Source of the DNA: Defluviitaleaceae bacterium
GTDB lineage: Bacteria; Bacillota; Clostridia; Lachnospirales; WRAX01
Length of the DNA stretch: 54,215 nt
Assembly: GCA_009780485.1 (NCBI GenBank)
Contig: WQZZ01000002.1
Coordinates: 1 to 54,215, forward strand
Direction of reading: 5' to 3'
In this document: one piece after another, positions 44,012 to 53,100 of the stretch
Position numbering within the stretch: the stretch's first letter is position 1
Layout of the letters: each line of letters begins with the position of its first letter
Notes under the pieces: generated by a model
Database searches by the model: none
Told to the model about the DNA's origin: nothing
The model's input: the letters and a program-made list of their open reading frames with translations, nothing else
Made by a program: the position numbers and the translations under genes

Positions 44012-44180
44012 GGGATTTTCCTCCTTCCTCTTGGCTTAGGTTATCCAGATTTTTATTCCATTCCTCAAATTTGCGTAAATTTTCAGGATTTGAGAAGAAT
44101 TTTTCAGCTAGTTTGTTGATTTTACTGGCTGTATGGTCTGTTATATTGTGTTTTGGGATTATTTTGGTGGTTGGGTTCAT
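44001..44180 (-). CDS. 59-aa first gene of the transfer operon, hypothetical
   Basis: GGAGTG RBS, ATG 44180, MNPTTKIIPKHNITDHTASKINKLAEKFFSNPENLRKFEEWNKNLDNLSQEEGGKSRAK-stop. Below the ORF-track cutoff. Confidence 0.4.
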   Translation of the reverse strand: MNPTTKIIPKHNITDHTASKINKLAEKFFSNPENLRKFEEWNKNLDNLSQEEGGKSRAK

Positions 44181-44219
44181 TGGTCACACTCCTATATACT
44201 ATTATGTGATTGTAGAAAC

Positions 44220-44248
44220 ATTATAACAAGATTATTTGTTACTGTCAA
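44220..44248 (-). promoter_or_regulatory. consensus promoter of the leftward transfer operon
   Basis: On the minus strand: TTGACA (44248-44243), 17 nt, TATAAT (44225-44220). The -35 sits in the 15-mer GTGTTGACAGTAACA. Confidence 0.65.
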
Positions 44249-44289
44249 CACTTTTATAAAAATATTTTGTGTTTTTTGATAATTATGTG

Positions 44290-44318
44290 TTGACAGTAAC
44301 ACTCAAATGACATATACT
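44290..44318 (+). promoter_or_regulatory. promoter of the rightward XRE regulator gene
   Basis: TTGACA (44290-44295), 17 nt, TATACT (44313-44318). The -35 sits in the same 15-mer, GTGTTGACAGTAACA (44287-44301). Confidence 0.65.
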
Positions 44319-44340
44319 AGACTTTAAGAGGGTGAGAAAA

Positions 44341-44865
44341 ATGTATCAACGAATCAAAGAGGTTCGCAAAAGTACGGGCAAGACGCAAAAAGTTTTCGGT
44401 GAGTCCTTGGGGGTTTCTCGTGAAACTCTGGCAAGTTATGAAATTGGGCGTGTTACACCTAGTAAAACATTTCTGCAACTACTTTGCACAACCTACCGTG
44501 TGAATGAAAAATGGTTATTGTCTGGTGATGGTACGATGTTTACCGAAACCAAAGAAGATGCCATAGACCGTTTCGCAAGCGAACACGGCTTGACATTTTA
44601 CGCCAAAAAAGTATTACAGAGCTATCTTGCACTTGATGCGGGTGGACGTGAAGCGGTGGATGGTTGGTTACATAGTTTCGTGGAATTAAGCAAAGAGGAG
44701 GTTGGTGAAGAAATTAATCCAAACGTTACTTCTATTCTGACTCCCACACTAAAAATAGAAGCGGAAGCACAGGCTGTAGCTAAATTTGCTCACGATGAAT
44801 ACATAAGAGAAAAAAGTGGGGCATCCCCAGCATCTTCCTCTACAGGCTTAAAGCAGAAGGGGTAG
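44341..44865 (+). CDS. XRE-family HTH regulator with a ~110-aa C-terminal domain (candidate ICE repressor)
   Basis: IKEVRKSTGKTQKVFGESLGVSRETLASYEIGRVTPS is an HTH. ATG 44341 follows AAGAGGGTGAG. Divergent from the transfer operon. Confidence 0.75.
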   Translation: MYQRIKEVRKSTGKTQKVFGESLGVSRETLASYEIGRVTPSKTFLQLLCTTYRVNEKWLLSGDGTMFTETKEDAIDRFASEHGLTFYAKKVLQSYLALDAGGREAVDGWLHSFVELSKEEVGEEINPNVTSILTPTLKIEAEAQAVAKFAHDEYIREKSGASPASSSTGLKQKG

Positions 44866-44936
44866 GGGATTGGGTGATTGATTACATTAAACTAGCAAAA
44901 CAAAACAATTTTATGTAGTTTATGGAGGTAGGTTTT

Positions 44937-45284
44937 ATGGAGTTAAACAAAGTGAGAAAAATCATTTCAACTACAGTGTTGACAATGCTTTTGGTTCTGG
45001 TTTTGTCATCTTGCGGAGGAAACCGAGCCATTGTAGGTACTTGGGAAATAGTTGAAACAAACCAAACGCTTAGCCGTGTCGGGGATAGAACAATCCTCAA
45101 TGCCGATGGAACAGGGAGGTCGAGAGGTTCTGGTTTTAGGTGGCACGTAGACGGTGATTATTTAGTGACAAACGTACCATTGTTCGGTAATATGTACGAA
45201 AGATTTGAATTAGAGGGCAATCGTTTAACGGTACACCATGATGATAGGGGTCGAAGAATATCGGTGTTTGAGAGAGTAGAATAA
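44937..45284 (+). CDS. small lipoprotein (lipocalin-like GTWxI start)
   Basis: GGAGGTAGG RBS. Signal peptide with lipobox LVLSSC-GG, and the mature part begins NRAIVGTWEIV. Confidence 0.65.
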   Translation: MELNKVRKIISTTVLTMLLVLVLSSCGGNRAIVGTWEIVETNQTLSRVGDRTILNADGTGRSRGSGFRWHVDGDYLVTNVPLFGNMYERFELEGNRLTVHHDDRGRRISVFERVE

Positions 45285-45306
45285 TTATTTTAAGGGCGGA
45301 TGGAAT

Positions 45307-45831
45307 ATGATAAAATTTATTATTTTTGGAGGATTAGCTCTCATCACCTTAATTGTTTTAGTCATAATACTAGGGTACAGAGCCATATTACCTTTCATTC
45401 CTTACTTAGCTGTACTGTCAGCCGTATTATTTCTTGTGTTTGACACAATCTCGATTACCACAAACAGCGGTAGTATTGTAGTGCTGGGATTAGGTCTATT
45501 TCACCAACTACTACCGTATGACATTAATGCTTTTCTTGGACTAGGATTTATCGCCGTAGTATTAGTTGTTACTGGATTTATTTGGTATAAAGTGCAAAGG
45601 ATACATATTAAGCTAGTAACCCGAAAAGGTTTTTACCCAGCCAACATTATTGTTTTCGCTATCCTTGGACTTACCGTAGCTCATATTGTGAGGGTAGTAT
45701 ATTTTACCGAAGCCAGCCCCGCCAACAACCACAACCACGTAATTATACCCATTATTGCGGGAATTTCAACATTCCTAATTCTATCCTTTTGCAAGAGATT
45801 GGAACGCAAGTATTGGAGGATAACTAGATAA
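45307..45831 (+). CDS. polytopic membrane protein, unknown function
   Basis: Five or six hydrophobic helices. No motif. Confidence 0.55.
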   Translation: MIKFIIFGGLALITLIVLVIILGYRAILPFIPYLAVLSAVLFLVFDTISITTNSGSIVVLGLGLFHQLLPYDINAFLGLGFIAVVLVVTGFIWYKVQRIHIKLVTRKGFYPANIIVFAILGLTVAHIVRVVYFTEASPANNHNHVIIPIIAGISTFLILSFCKRLERKYWRITR

Positions 45832-45910
45832 ATTATCCCCCTATTCTCGAGACCCCAATGATTGATATAGCTAAAATATTTTGGGATGAGTAAAAGATAA
45901 ACAACAAAAA

Positions 45911-45937
45911 ACCGCCCTTGCTACAACAAGAAGCGGT
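45911..45937 (-). terminator. minus-oriented hairpin plus T-run upstream of the recombinase gene
   Basis: Minus strand reads ACCGCTTCTTG ttgtag CAAGGGCGGT followed by TTTTTTG. No minus-strand gene lies upstream other than ssrA. Confidence 0.4.
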
Positions 45938-46028
45938 AAATAAATCACGAAATGCACCACATCAGAATAATACATTTCCACGCCCCTATTATACCACCCT
46001 TCGGGCTGGAATGGAAGGGGTAATTTTT

Positions 46029-47675
46029 ATGAGTGAAAAGTTACATGGATTAAAAGCCGTTATCTATGCCCGCTACAGCTCCAATAATCAGTCGGAGCAA
46101 TCCATCGAAGGACAATTAAGGGTCTGCCAAGAGTTTGCCGAAAAGCACAAAATGACAGTTGTTGGACACTATATTGACCGTGCCATCAGTGGTACAACAG
46201 ACGAGCGGGAAGAATTTCAACGGATGCTAAAAGATTCCGATAGAAAATTGTTCGGAGCTGTCATTTGCTATAAAATGGACAGATTTTCCCGCAACCGATA
46301 TGATTCTGCTATTTACAAGGCAAGACTAAAAAAGAATGGCGTAAAAATTTGCTACGCAGCAGAAGCCATTCCAGATGGTCCAGAAGGCATAATTTTGGAG
46401 TCTTTGCTTGAAGGTATGGCTGAATACTATTCAGAGGAACTATCCCAAAAAATACGCCGTGGACAACGTGAATCAGCTTTGAAATGCAAGCACATGGGAG
46501 GCAAGCCACCACTGGGGTATAAAGTTACAGATGAAAAGAAATATATCCTTTGCGAAGTCACTGCCCCATTGGTTGTAAAAATTTTTAATATGTACGATAC
46601 TGGTATACCCGTCATTGACATTTGCAATGAACTAACTGCAATGAACACAAAGACTGGTATCGGTGGCATTTGGAACAAAAACAGTTTGCGTAAGATTTTG
46701 AAGAACCAAAAATACATAGGAATTTACGAAGCCAAAGGGGTTCGTGTGGAAGGTGGTGTACCATCAATCGTGGATATAGAACTTTTTAAGCGTGTACAGG
46801 AGCGTGTGGAGATAAACCGAAAAGCCCCTGCAAAAGGTCAATCTGAAAAGGCTGATTTTTTATTGACAGGCAAACTCTACTGTGGCAAGTGCCAACAAGG
46901 TATGCTTGGTATCAGCGGTAAAAGCAAGAGTGGTAAAGTCCATTATTACTACACCTGCGGTAATAAGTGGCGACACAAAACCTGTGATAAAAAGAATGTG
47001 CGTAAGGATTGGTTGGAAAATTTCGTTGTAACGGAAACGGTCAAACATATACTACAACCCGATAAAATAAATATTATCGCCCAGCGTTGCGTGGAAATCC
47101 ACAAAAAAGAGATGTCAGACGACAGAGAGTTGACCTACTTGAAAAATCAACTTGCCGAAACCCAAAAAGCCCTTAATAATCTTATGACAGCAATCGAACA
47201 AGGTATAATCACAAAATCAACTAAAGCCCGCCTTGCAGAGCTAGAAACAGCAACCGAAAAACTAGAATTTGAAATAAACTTGCAAACCACCCGTCAACCC
47301 CAGCTAACAGAAAGACACATCATCTTCATGCTGTCACAATTCCTACGTGAAACAGACGCAGAAATCGAAGAATATAACAGAGATGTGATTGAAGCCTTTA
47401 TTGACAAGGTTTATTTGTATGACGACAAGATAATAACCACCTATAATTTAACAAAAGAAAATTCCGAGCTTGACAGCACGGAACTCGCTTTGGTTTGTGA
47501 TGCTGATTTGAAAGGATTTTCTGAGTGTTCGACTTTAGAACACTTACATGGAGGCGAGGAGAGTCGAACTCCTGTCCGAGAACCAGTCCACGAGGACTTC
47601 TTCCATCATAGTCAGTTTCGGAATTTCCCCCGCACACAGAAAACTGACAAAGCTGTGTGCGGGGTAGCTACTTAA
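46029..47675 (+). CDS. large serine recombinase; the last ~39 codons are read from antisense ssrA
   Basis: KAVIYARYSSNNQSEQSIEGQ (catalytic Ser), recombinase domain, Zn-ribbon CGKCQQG ... YYYTCGNKWRHKTCDKK and coiled-coil. ATG 46029 follows GGAAGGGG. Confidence 0.9.
   Translation: MSEKLHGLKAVIYARYSSNNQSEQSIEGQLRVCQEFAEKHKMTVVGHYIDRAISGTTDEREEFQRMLKDSDRKLFGAVICYKMDRFSRNRYDSAIYKARLKKNGVKICYAAEAIPDGPEGIILESLLEGMAEYYSEELSQKIRRGQRESALKCKHMGGKPPLGYKVTDEKKYILCEVTAPLVVKIFNMYDTGIPVIDICNELTAMNTKTGIGGIWNKNSLRKILKNQKYIGIYEAKGVRVEGGVPSIVDIELFKRVQERVEINRKAPAKGQSEKADFLLTGKLYCGKCQQGMLGISGKSKSGKVHYYYTCGNKWRHKTCDKKNVRKDWLENFVVTETVKHILQPDKINIIAQRCVEIHKKEMSDDRELTYLKNQLAETQKALNNLMTAIEQGIITKSTKARLAELETATEKLEFEINLQTTRQPQLTERHIIFMLSQFLRETDAEIEEYNRDVIEAFIDKVYLYDDKIITTYNLTKENSELDSTELALVCDADLKGFSECSTLEHLHGGEESRTPVREPVHEDFFHHSQFRNFPRTQKTDKAVCGVAT
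47525..47554. other. attR of the ICE (element-side arm plus core TGGAGG)
   Basis: GTGTTCGACT (47525-47534), 14 nt, TGGAGG (47549-47554, the last 6 nt of tmRNA read in antisense). Confidence 0.6.
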
Positions 47676-47891
47676 GTCTTTACCCCATGGCGTAGCAACA
47701 TAGGATAAGTGCCCCATCTGTCGATGCCAGACCCCTGACCGACGGGTTTATCAGGGCTGACAACGGCTTTAATTAAGCCGCAAAAGCGTAATCGTTATTG
47801 TCGATTATATTTAGGTTTGCCTTGATGACGCAGATGCGCTGCGGATGGCTATCCAAGTTTCCCAAATCCCCGTCGAAACCAGTACGCCCCC
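47549..47891 (-). ncRNA. ssrA: tmRNA (transfer-messenger RNA)
   Basis: 5' GGGGGCGTACTGGTTTCGACGGGG and 3' GGACAGGAGTTCGACTCTCCTCGCCTCCA form the tRNA-like domain. Tag reading frame GACAATAACGATTACGCTTTTGCGGCTTAA (47802-47773) encodes DNNDYAFAA-stop after AAATATAATC. CCA not encoded. Confidence 0.9.
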
Positions 47892-47922
47892 AAATTGTGG
47901 CGTTACAGAGATTTTATATTAT

Positions 47923-47951
47923 AGTATACACAGTTTTTACGATGATGTCAA
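47923..47951 (-). promoter_or_regulatory. ssrA promoter
   Basis: Minus strand: TTGACA (47951-47946), 17 nt, TATACT (47928-47923). Confidence 0.6.
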
Positions 47952-48076
47952 TAGGAAGTTTGTGACACCCACGACAATCTAATCCCGAAATAAGCCATCA
48001 ATCGCATAAAATCACCGCCCGATTCTTTTTGGTTGAAGAGTGTGAAAAATATTTTCGGCAAACGCAGAAAAAACTC

Positions 48077-48127
48077 TTGACACTTAGTTTAGACATCTGT
48101 ATAATATTAAATATCGGCAATTGCCGA
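48077..48127 (+). promoter_or_regulatory. consensus promoter plus palindromic operator of the BlaI-like operon
   Basis: TTGACA (48077-48082), 17 nt, TATAAT (48100-48105), then the perfect palindrome TCGGCAATTGCCGA (48114-48127). An extra half-site TTTCGGCAAA lies at 48053-48062. Confidence 0.6.
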
Positions 48128-48175
48128 AAATCTCTCGAGAGAGTAATACAATTATTTTTTGGAAGGGGTGACACA

Positions 48176-48553
48176 ATGGAAAAGATGAAAAAACTGCCGG
48201 ATGCGGAGTTTGACATCATGAAAGTGGTATGGGCAAATGAACCGCCCATCACATCAAACATAATCATGCAACAGCTGGGCAATGTGAAGGGGTGGAAAGC
48301 GCAATCTGCTATCTCGTTAATGCTTAGGCTGGTTGAGCGGGGTTTTCTTCGTACAGAGAAGAACGGGAAAGAACGCACTTACTTTCCTTTGGTTGATAAG
48401 GAGGATTACCTTAAGTTTGAAACGGACAACTTTGTCAAACAGTTTCACGACAATTCATTCCTTAACCTTGTTACAACTATGTATGGGGATAAACCCATGA
48501 GTTATGACGATATTGACGAATTGCTAAATTGGGCAAAAGAGCGGAGGGGTTAG
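48176..48553 (+). CDS. BlaI/MecI/CopY-family transcriptional repressor
   Basis: LPDAEFDIMKVVWANEPPITSNIIMQQLGNVKGWKAQSAISLMLRLVERGFLRTEKNGKERTYFPL is a BlaI-type winged helix. ATG 48176 follows GGAAGGGGTG. Confidence 0.85.
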   Translation: MEKMKKLPDAEFDIMKVVWANEPPITSNIIMQQLGNVKGWKAQSAISLMLRLVERGFLRTEKNGKERTYFPLVDKEDYLKFETDNFVKQFHDNSFLNLVTTMYGDKPMSYDDIDELLNWAKERRG

Positions 48554-48554
48554 T

Positions 48555-50012
48555 ATGCAAAATTTCATCATAACTTTACTAATTTGCTCTGCTACCATGT
48601 CCGTGCTTGCATTGTTGTATATGGCAATCACACCACTTTTGGCAAAACGTTATTCTGAAAAAGGGCGTTATTACGCATGGTTGGTTATTGTTATCGGTTT
48701 GATAATCCCTTTTAGACCGAGTTGGACAAGTGCGATATTTACTGTAGACGTTCCTGTGGCGAATGTTGGAGATTACTTTGCAAACACGGCTACACAAACA
48801 TGGAACGGTAACATTACGACGATACCAACACTTGTGATTGATGCAAGCACTTTACCTATTGCCACAACCTTTAGCATTACACTGTGGCAAGGTATAACGG
48901 TGGTGTGGTTGATTGGTGCGGTAGCATTTATTGCTTTACAAGTCATCAGACACTATCGTTTTGCGAAAACAGCAAGACGATGGAGCGAAACTATAACAAA
49001 CAAGCAAATCTTATCCACATTCAATGAGTTAAAAGCGGAAATGGGGATAAAGAAGAGAATAGGCTTGTGCATTAACCCTTGTGCTGGCAGTCCAATGATG
49101 ATTGGGTTTATCAAACCACAAATACTATTGCCAACGGAAGAACTGGCAGAAGATGAACTACGCTTTATTCTAAAGCATGAACTTGTGCATTATAAACGTA
49201 ACGACTTGCTGTATAAATCTTTGGTGCTTGTAGCAACGGCGATACATTGGTTTAACCCCGTTGTTTATCTAATGGCAAGGGTGGTCGATTCATTATGTGA
49301 AACATCTTGCGATGCCGAGGTTGTGCGTAACGCAAACAAAGATACCCGCCTAGAGTACAGCGAAACAATAATTGGTGCAGTGAAGTATCGTTCAAAAACA
49401 AAGCTGTCTACAGCTTTTTCAACTAATTTTTATGGAGGTAAAAAAGGAATGAAAAACAGAATTTCGTCCATTATGGACACGAGCAAGAAAAGAGCGGGAG
49501 CATTTATATTATTTGGTATGCTTATCCTAACATTGGGTACTGGTGTTGTGGTTGTGGCAAATTTAAGTGTTTTTGCAAGCCAAGAAATTATAGCAGAGTC
49601 TGTTGAACAAGTAGAGCTTATAACGAATGAACCAGTAGAATTTATAGAAATTGAATCAGACATGTCGGTTGTTGTGGAAATACCTGAACGAAACGCAAGT
49701 GCTGAAATGACATATTTGCTTCTAATCCTAGAAGGTTCTTCGGAAGTGCCAACTATGCAATTGGAGCATGCTGTTAGAATCGGTGCTAATGCAATTTATA
49801 GCGAGTTTGGTTTATGTATAGACGGTTTAACAGGAAGAATGTTGTTTATCGATGGTGCAGATGGTATACAAAGATGGGTAGGCAACATTTTTTCTGAAGA
49901 ATTAACCACCCATTCAGATGCTAATGAATTATTTCACTTCTCAATAAATGCAGAAACGGACGAAGTGCTGTGGATGCATATGAACACCGTGGATACGCCA
50001 TTTAATGGGTAA
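48555..50012 (+). CDS. BlaR1/MecR1-family M56 metallopeptidase sensor with a non-PBP extracellular domain
   Basis: TM helices and HEXXH motif (ILKHELVHYKRND). The C-terminal ~150 aa lack an SxxK-type penicillin-binding motif. Confidence 0.75.
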   Translation: MQNFIITLLICSATMSVLALLYMAITPLLAKRYSEKGRYYAWLVIVIGLIIPFRPSWTSAIFTVDVPVANVGDYFANTATQTWNGNITTIPTLVIDASTLPIATTFSITLWQGITVVWLIGAVAFIALQVIRHYRFAKTARRWSETITNKQILSTFNELKAEMGIKKRIGLCINPCAGSPMMIGFIKPQILLPTEELAEDELRFILKHELVHYKRNDLLYKSLVLVATAIHWFNPVVYLMARVVDSLCETSCDAEVVRNANKDTRLEYSETIIGAVKYRSKTKLSTAFSTNFYGGKKGMKNRISSIMDTSKKRAGAFILFGMLILTLGTGVVVVANLSVFASQEIIAESVEQVELITNEPVEFIEIESDMSVVVEIPERNASAEMTYLLLILEGSSEVPTMQLEHAVRIGANAIYSEFGLCIDGLTGRMLFIDGADGIQRWVGNIFSEELTTHSDANELFHFSINAETDEVLWMHMNTVDTPFNG

Positions 50013-50028
50013 ATTGCAGAAACCAAAT

Positions 50029-50060
50029 AAAAAAGCACCCTAATGATGGGTGCTTTTTTA
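50029..50060. terminator. bidirectional rho-independent terminator
   Basis: AAAAAAGCACCC taatgat GGGTGCTTTTTT. Confidence 0.8.
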
Positions 50061-50125
50061 TAATGCCGAATAATCTAAAAATATTCCCGAACCACACAAA
50101 AAGATAGTTCGGCTTTTGTGTTTGG

Positions 50126-53100
50126 TTAAACGATTTCTTCTGGTGCGTCAAGGTCTTCTTTGGTAATGTCCTTGTTTTTGTGGAACATATCATACAAAAT
50201 CGGCACGACGAAAAGGGTGGTTATTGTGGCGTAGAAAAGACCACCAATGGTGGCAACCGCCATTGGTTGCATCATTTCTGTGCCTTCGCCAATGCCGATT
50301 GCAAGTACGGACATAGCGAATATGGTAGATATTGCCGTCATTAGGATTGGGCGCAGACGCTTACGACCAGCATCCACAATAGCTTCGGTTTTAGTCATAC
50401 CTTCCCAGCGGTCTTGGGTGATACGGCTAACAAGCACAATACCGTTGTTGATGGCAACACCCGATAAAAGTATCAAACCAATCATAGCCACAATGGACAA
50501 AGGCATACCAGCCAGCATCAACGTGACGAAGCCACCTGTAAACGCCAATGGGATGGTAAACATGATAACAAACGGGGCCATAAGCGACTGGAATTGCGCG
50601 ACCATGATAAGGTAGGTCAGCAACAGCCCAAGGGCAATCATCAAGATGAGGTCGTTCATAGCGTCGTTTATCATTTCCATTTCCCCGCCAACTTCTATGC
50701 GAGCATCACCCGCAGGCACAAATTCTTCCAACAAAGCTTCAATTTCAGCGTTTACCAAAGCCACGTTAAAACCGTCTTCCAAGCCACCAGAAACCGTCAC
50801 AAATCGGCTACGGTTAATGCGGCTAATGGACGTAAAGCCCAAATCTTCGTGTACGGTGGCAATTTCTGATAATGCAACATAACCCGCAGGGGTTGCAATT
50901 TGCATATTTTCAATGTCCGCACGGGTTGGCTCTATAAAATCCCCATCGGTTATGACGATTTCATAATTTCTGCCAGAAAGGGTCATGTTCATGGTTTGTT
51001 CGTTTGGGGATAGGTTGTTCATGGCTTCCATAAACACTTGCGCAATTGTCAGACCCCGTGCCATGGCAGCATCCCTGTCCACCACAATGCGGAGTTCTAA
51101 ATTGGCATCTTCTGCAAAGTCCGTTACATTGGTTGTGCCTTCCACGCTGTTCACCAGCTCCGCAAGGGCAATTGCTGTGTCACGGATGTCATCCAGCTCC
51201 GTCCCTATAACTTGCAAGGAAATGGCATTACCCATCATCATGCCCATTCCACCATCAGCACCTTCTACTTGGACTTCCAAACCAAGACTTTCGCCAATTT
51301 CACGTATTTCCGCTGCCATGTCCCATTGGGTTGTTGTGCGGTCTTCCGACATTAACAAATCCATGTTAATGGTTGTGCTGACAGCACCACCAAACATTCC
51401 GCCACCGCCCATGGCAGCCATAAATCCACCGCCACCACCGACGGTTACGCCAACAGTTTCTACGTCAGCCATGGCAAGAACAAGGGCAGAAAACACACGG
51501 GCAACCTCTACAGCATCCTCAAAGGTTGCATCTTCTGGCATCTCCGCCGATACGTGAACCTGTGGCATATCCATATCTGGGAACAATTCCATACCCTGCT
51601 GTAAAATGCCCCATGTTGCAAGTGCAAAAGCAGCGATTGACGCCAATAAAACAGGCCATTTGAAACGAAGCGACCAACGCAAAGATTTTTCATAAACATC
51701 AAGCATCTTTTCGTGGAATTTTCCACCCGTGTGCTTTTTAACCCCACGCAACATGGTGGAAGCCGCCGCAGGCACAACCGTCATTGCCACAATCAAACTA
51801 GCAAGGAGAGAGTAGGCGATTGTCAAGCCCAAATCCCCGAAAATTTGTCGGGTTATACCACTTGTAAACACAATTGGCAAAAACATGGCAGTGGTAGTTA
51901 GCGTTGCCGCAGCAATTGCTCCCGCAACCTGTTTTGTGCCGTAAACCGCCGCCCGTGCCGCCGACTTGCCGTCCGCTTTCATACGATAAATATTTTCGAT
52001 AACAACAATAGAATTATCAACAAGCATACCCACCGTAAGGGCAAGACCACCCATGGAAATCATGTTTAAGGTGATACCACTAAAATACATAGCAGTAAAC
52101 GCCAGCATGATAGAAACAGGAATGGAGATTGCCACAACAAGGGTTGGTCGAACATCCCGCAAGAAAATAAACAAAACCACAATGGCGAGTATGCCACCAA
52201 TCAACAAATTGTCCAAAACAGAACTAACAACCACATCAATCATTTCACCTTGGTCCATTAGGATGGTGAAAACCAGCCCATCATGCTCGACAGACAGTGC
52301 ATCCATACGGTCACGCACATCGCTGGTTACGTCAGCAGTCACAAATCCAGATTGTGCTTGAAGTGTAAACATCACGCTGTCATAGCCATTTACCTGCGTA
52401 AAAGTCAAATGGCTGTCGTCAGTTTCAAAAACATGAGCCACATCAGATAGGCGTATCGGTTCAACCCCAGCAAGCCCCATAAGTGAAGGGTCAAAAATCA
52501 ACATATTTTTAATTTCGTCAAGGGTTTCAAAACGGTCGCCCACACGCACCATATATTCGGCAGCACCGTCCACCAAAAGCCCAGCGGGCATGGAAAAGTT
52601 TTGGGCAAACAAAATGCCAGAAATTGCGTCAACACTAATCATGCCAGCAGGTATGCCGATTTCTGGCATCTCGCCATTAACGGCATCAATACCCATACCC
52701 CCTAACATCTCGGTAACTTCTATTGTTGCCTGCTCTAGAGCGACATCCATGGGTACACCTTCCAACATGAGTTCATTCATGTGTGCAACCACCATGGATT
52801 CCATTTGTCCCATCATTGCATCTAGCATCGCTTGCCCAGCTTGTGCCAACTGTGCATTAACCGCCTGCACATACTCATCCCGCACAACCACATGCAACTG
52901 ATTTTGCACCAAACCAGACAGGTTTACCACGGCAACACCAGGTACACCCTCAATGGCAGGGGCAACAACATCACTTGCAAATGCAGAAAGCTCCGCAATC
53001 TCCAGCCCTTCCATATGGACATTTGCCGTCATTATAGGCATCATATCTGGGTTCATCCGCATGGTCATGGGACGTGCCGTCCCTTCGGGCAAGGTAATAG

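Larger units (their letters stand above)
14428..47554. mobile_element. integrative conjugative element (~33 kb) with a Gram-positive T4SS, relaxase/MobC, SSB, primase and large serine recombinase, inserted at the 3' end of ssrA
   Basis: A complete transfer gene set lies between 17.4 and 44.2 kb, mostly on the minus strand, with the recombinase at the right end abutting ssrA. Junction repeats are given under attL/attR. Being an ICE is well supported; the exact ends are my inference. Confidence 0.75.

Noticed and set aside
45918-46028. 37-codon N-terminal extension of the recombinase ORF
   Set aside because: The extension has no RBS and contains the hairpin/T-run region. Serine recombinases start a few residues before the YARYSS motif, which fits ATG 46029 with its GGAAGGGG RBS.
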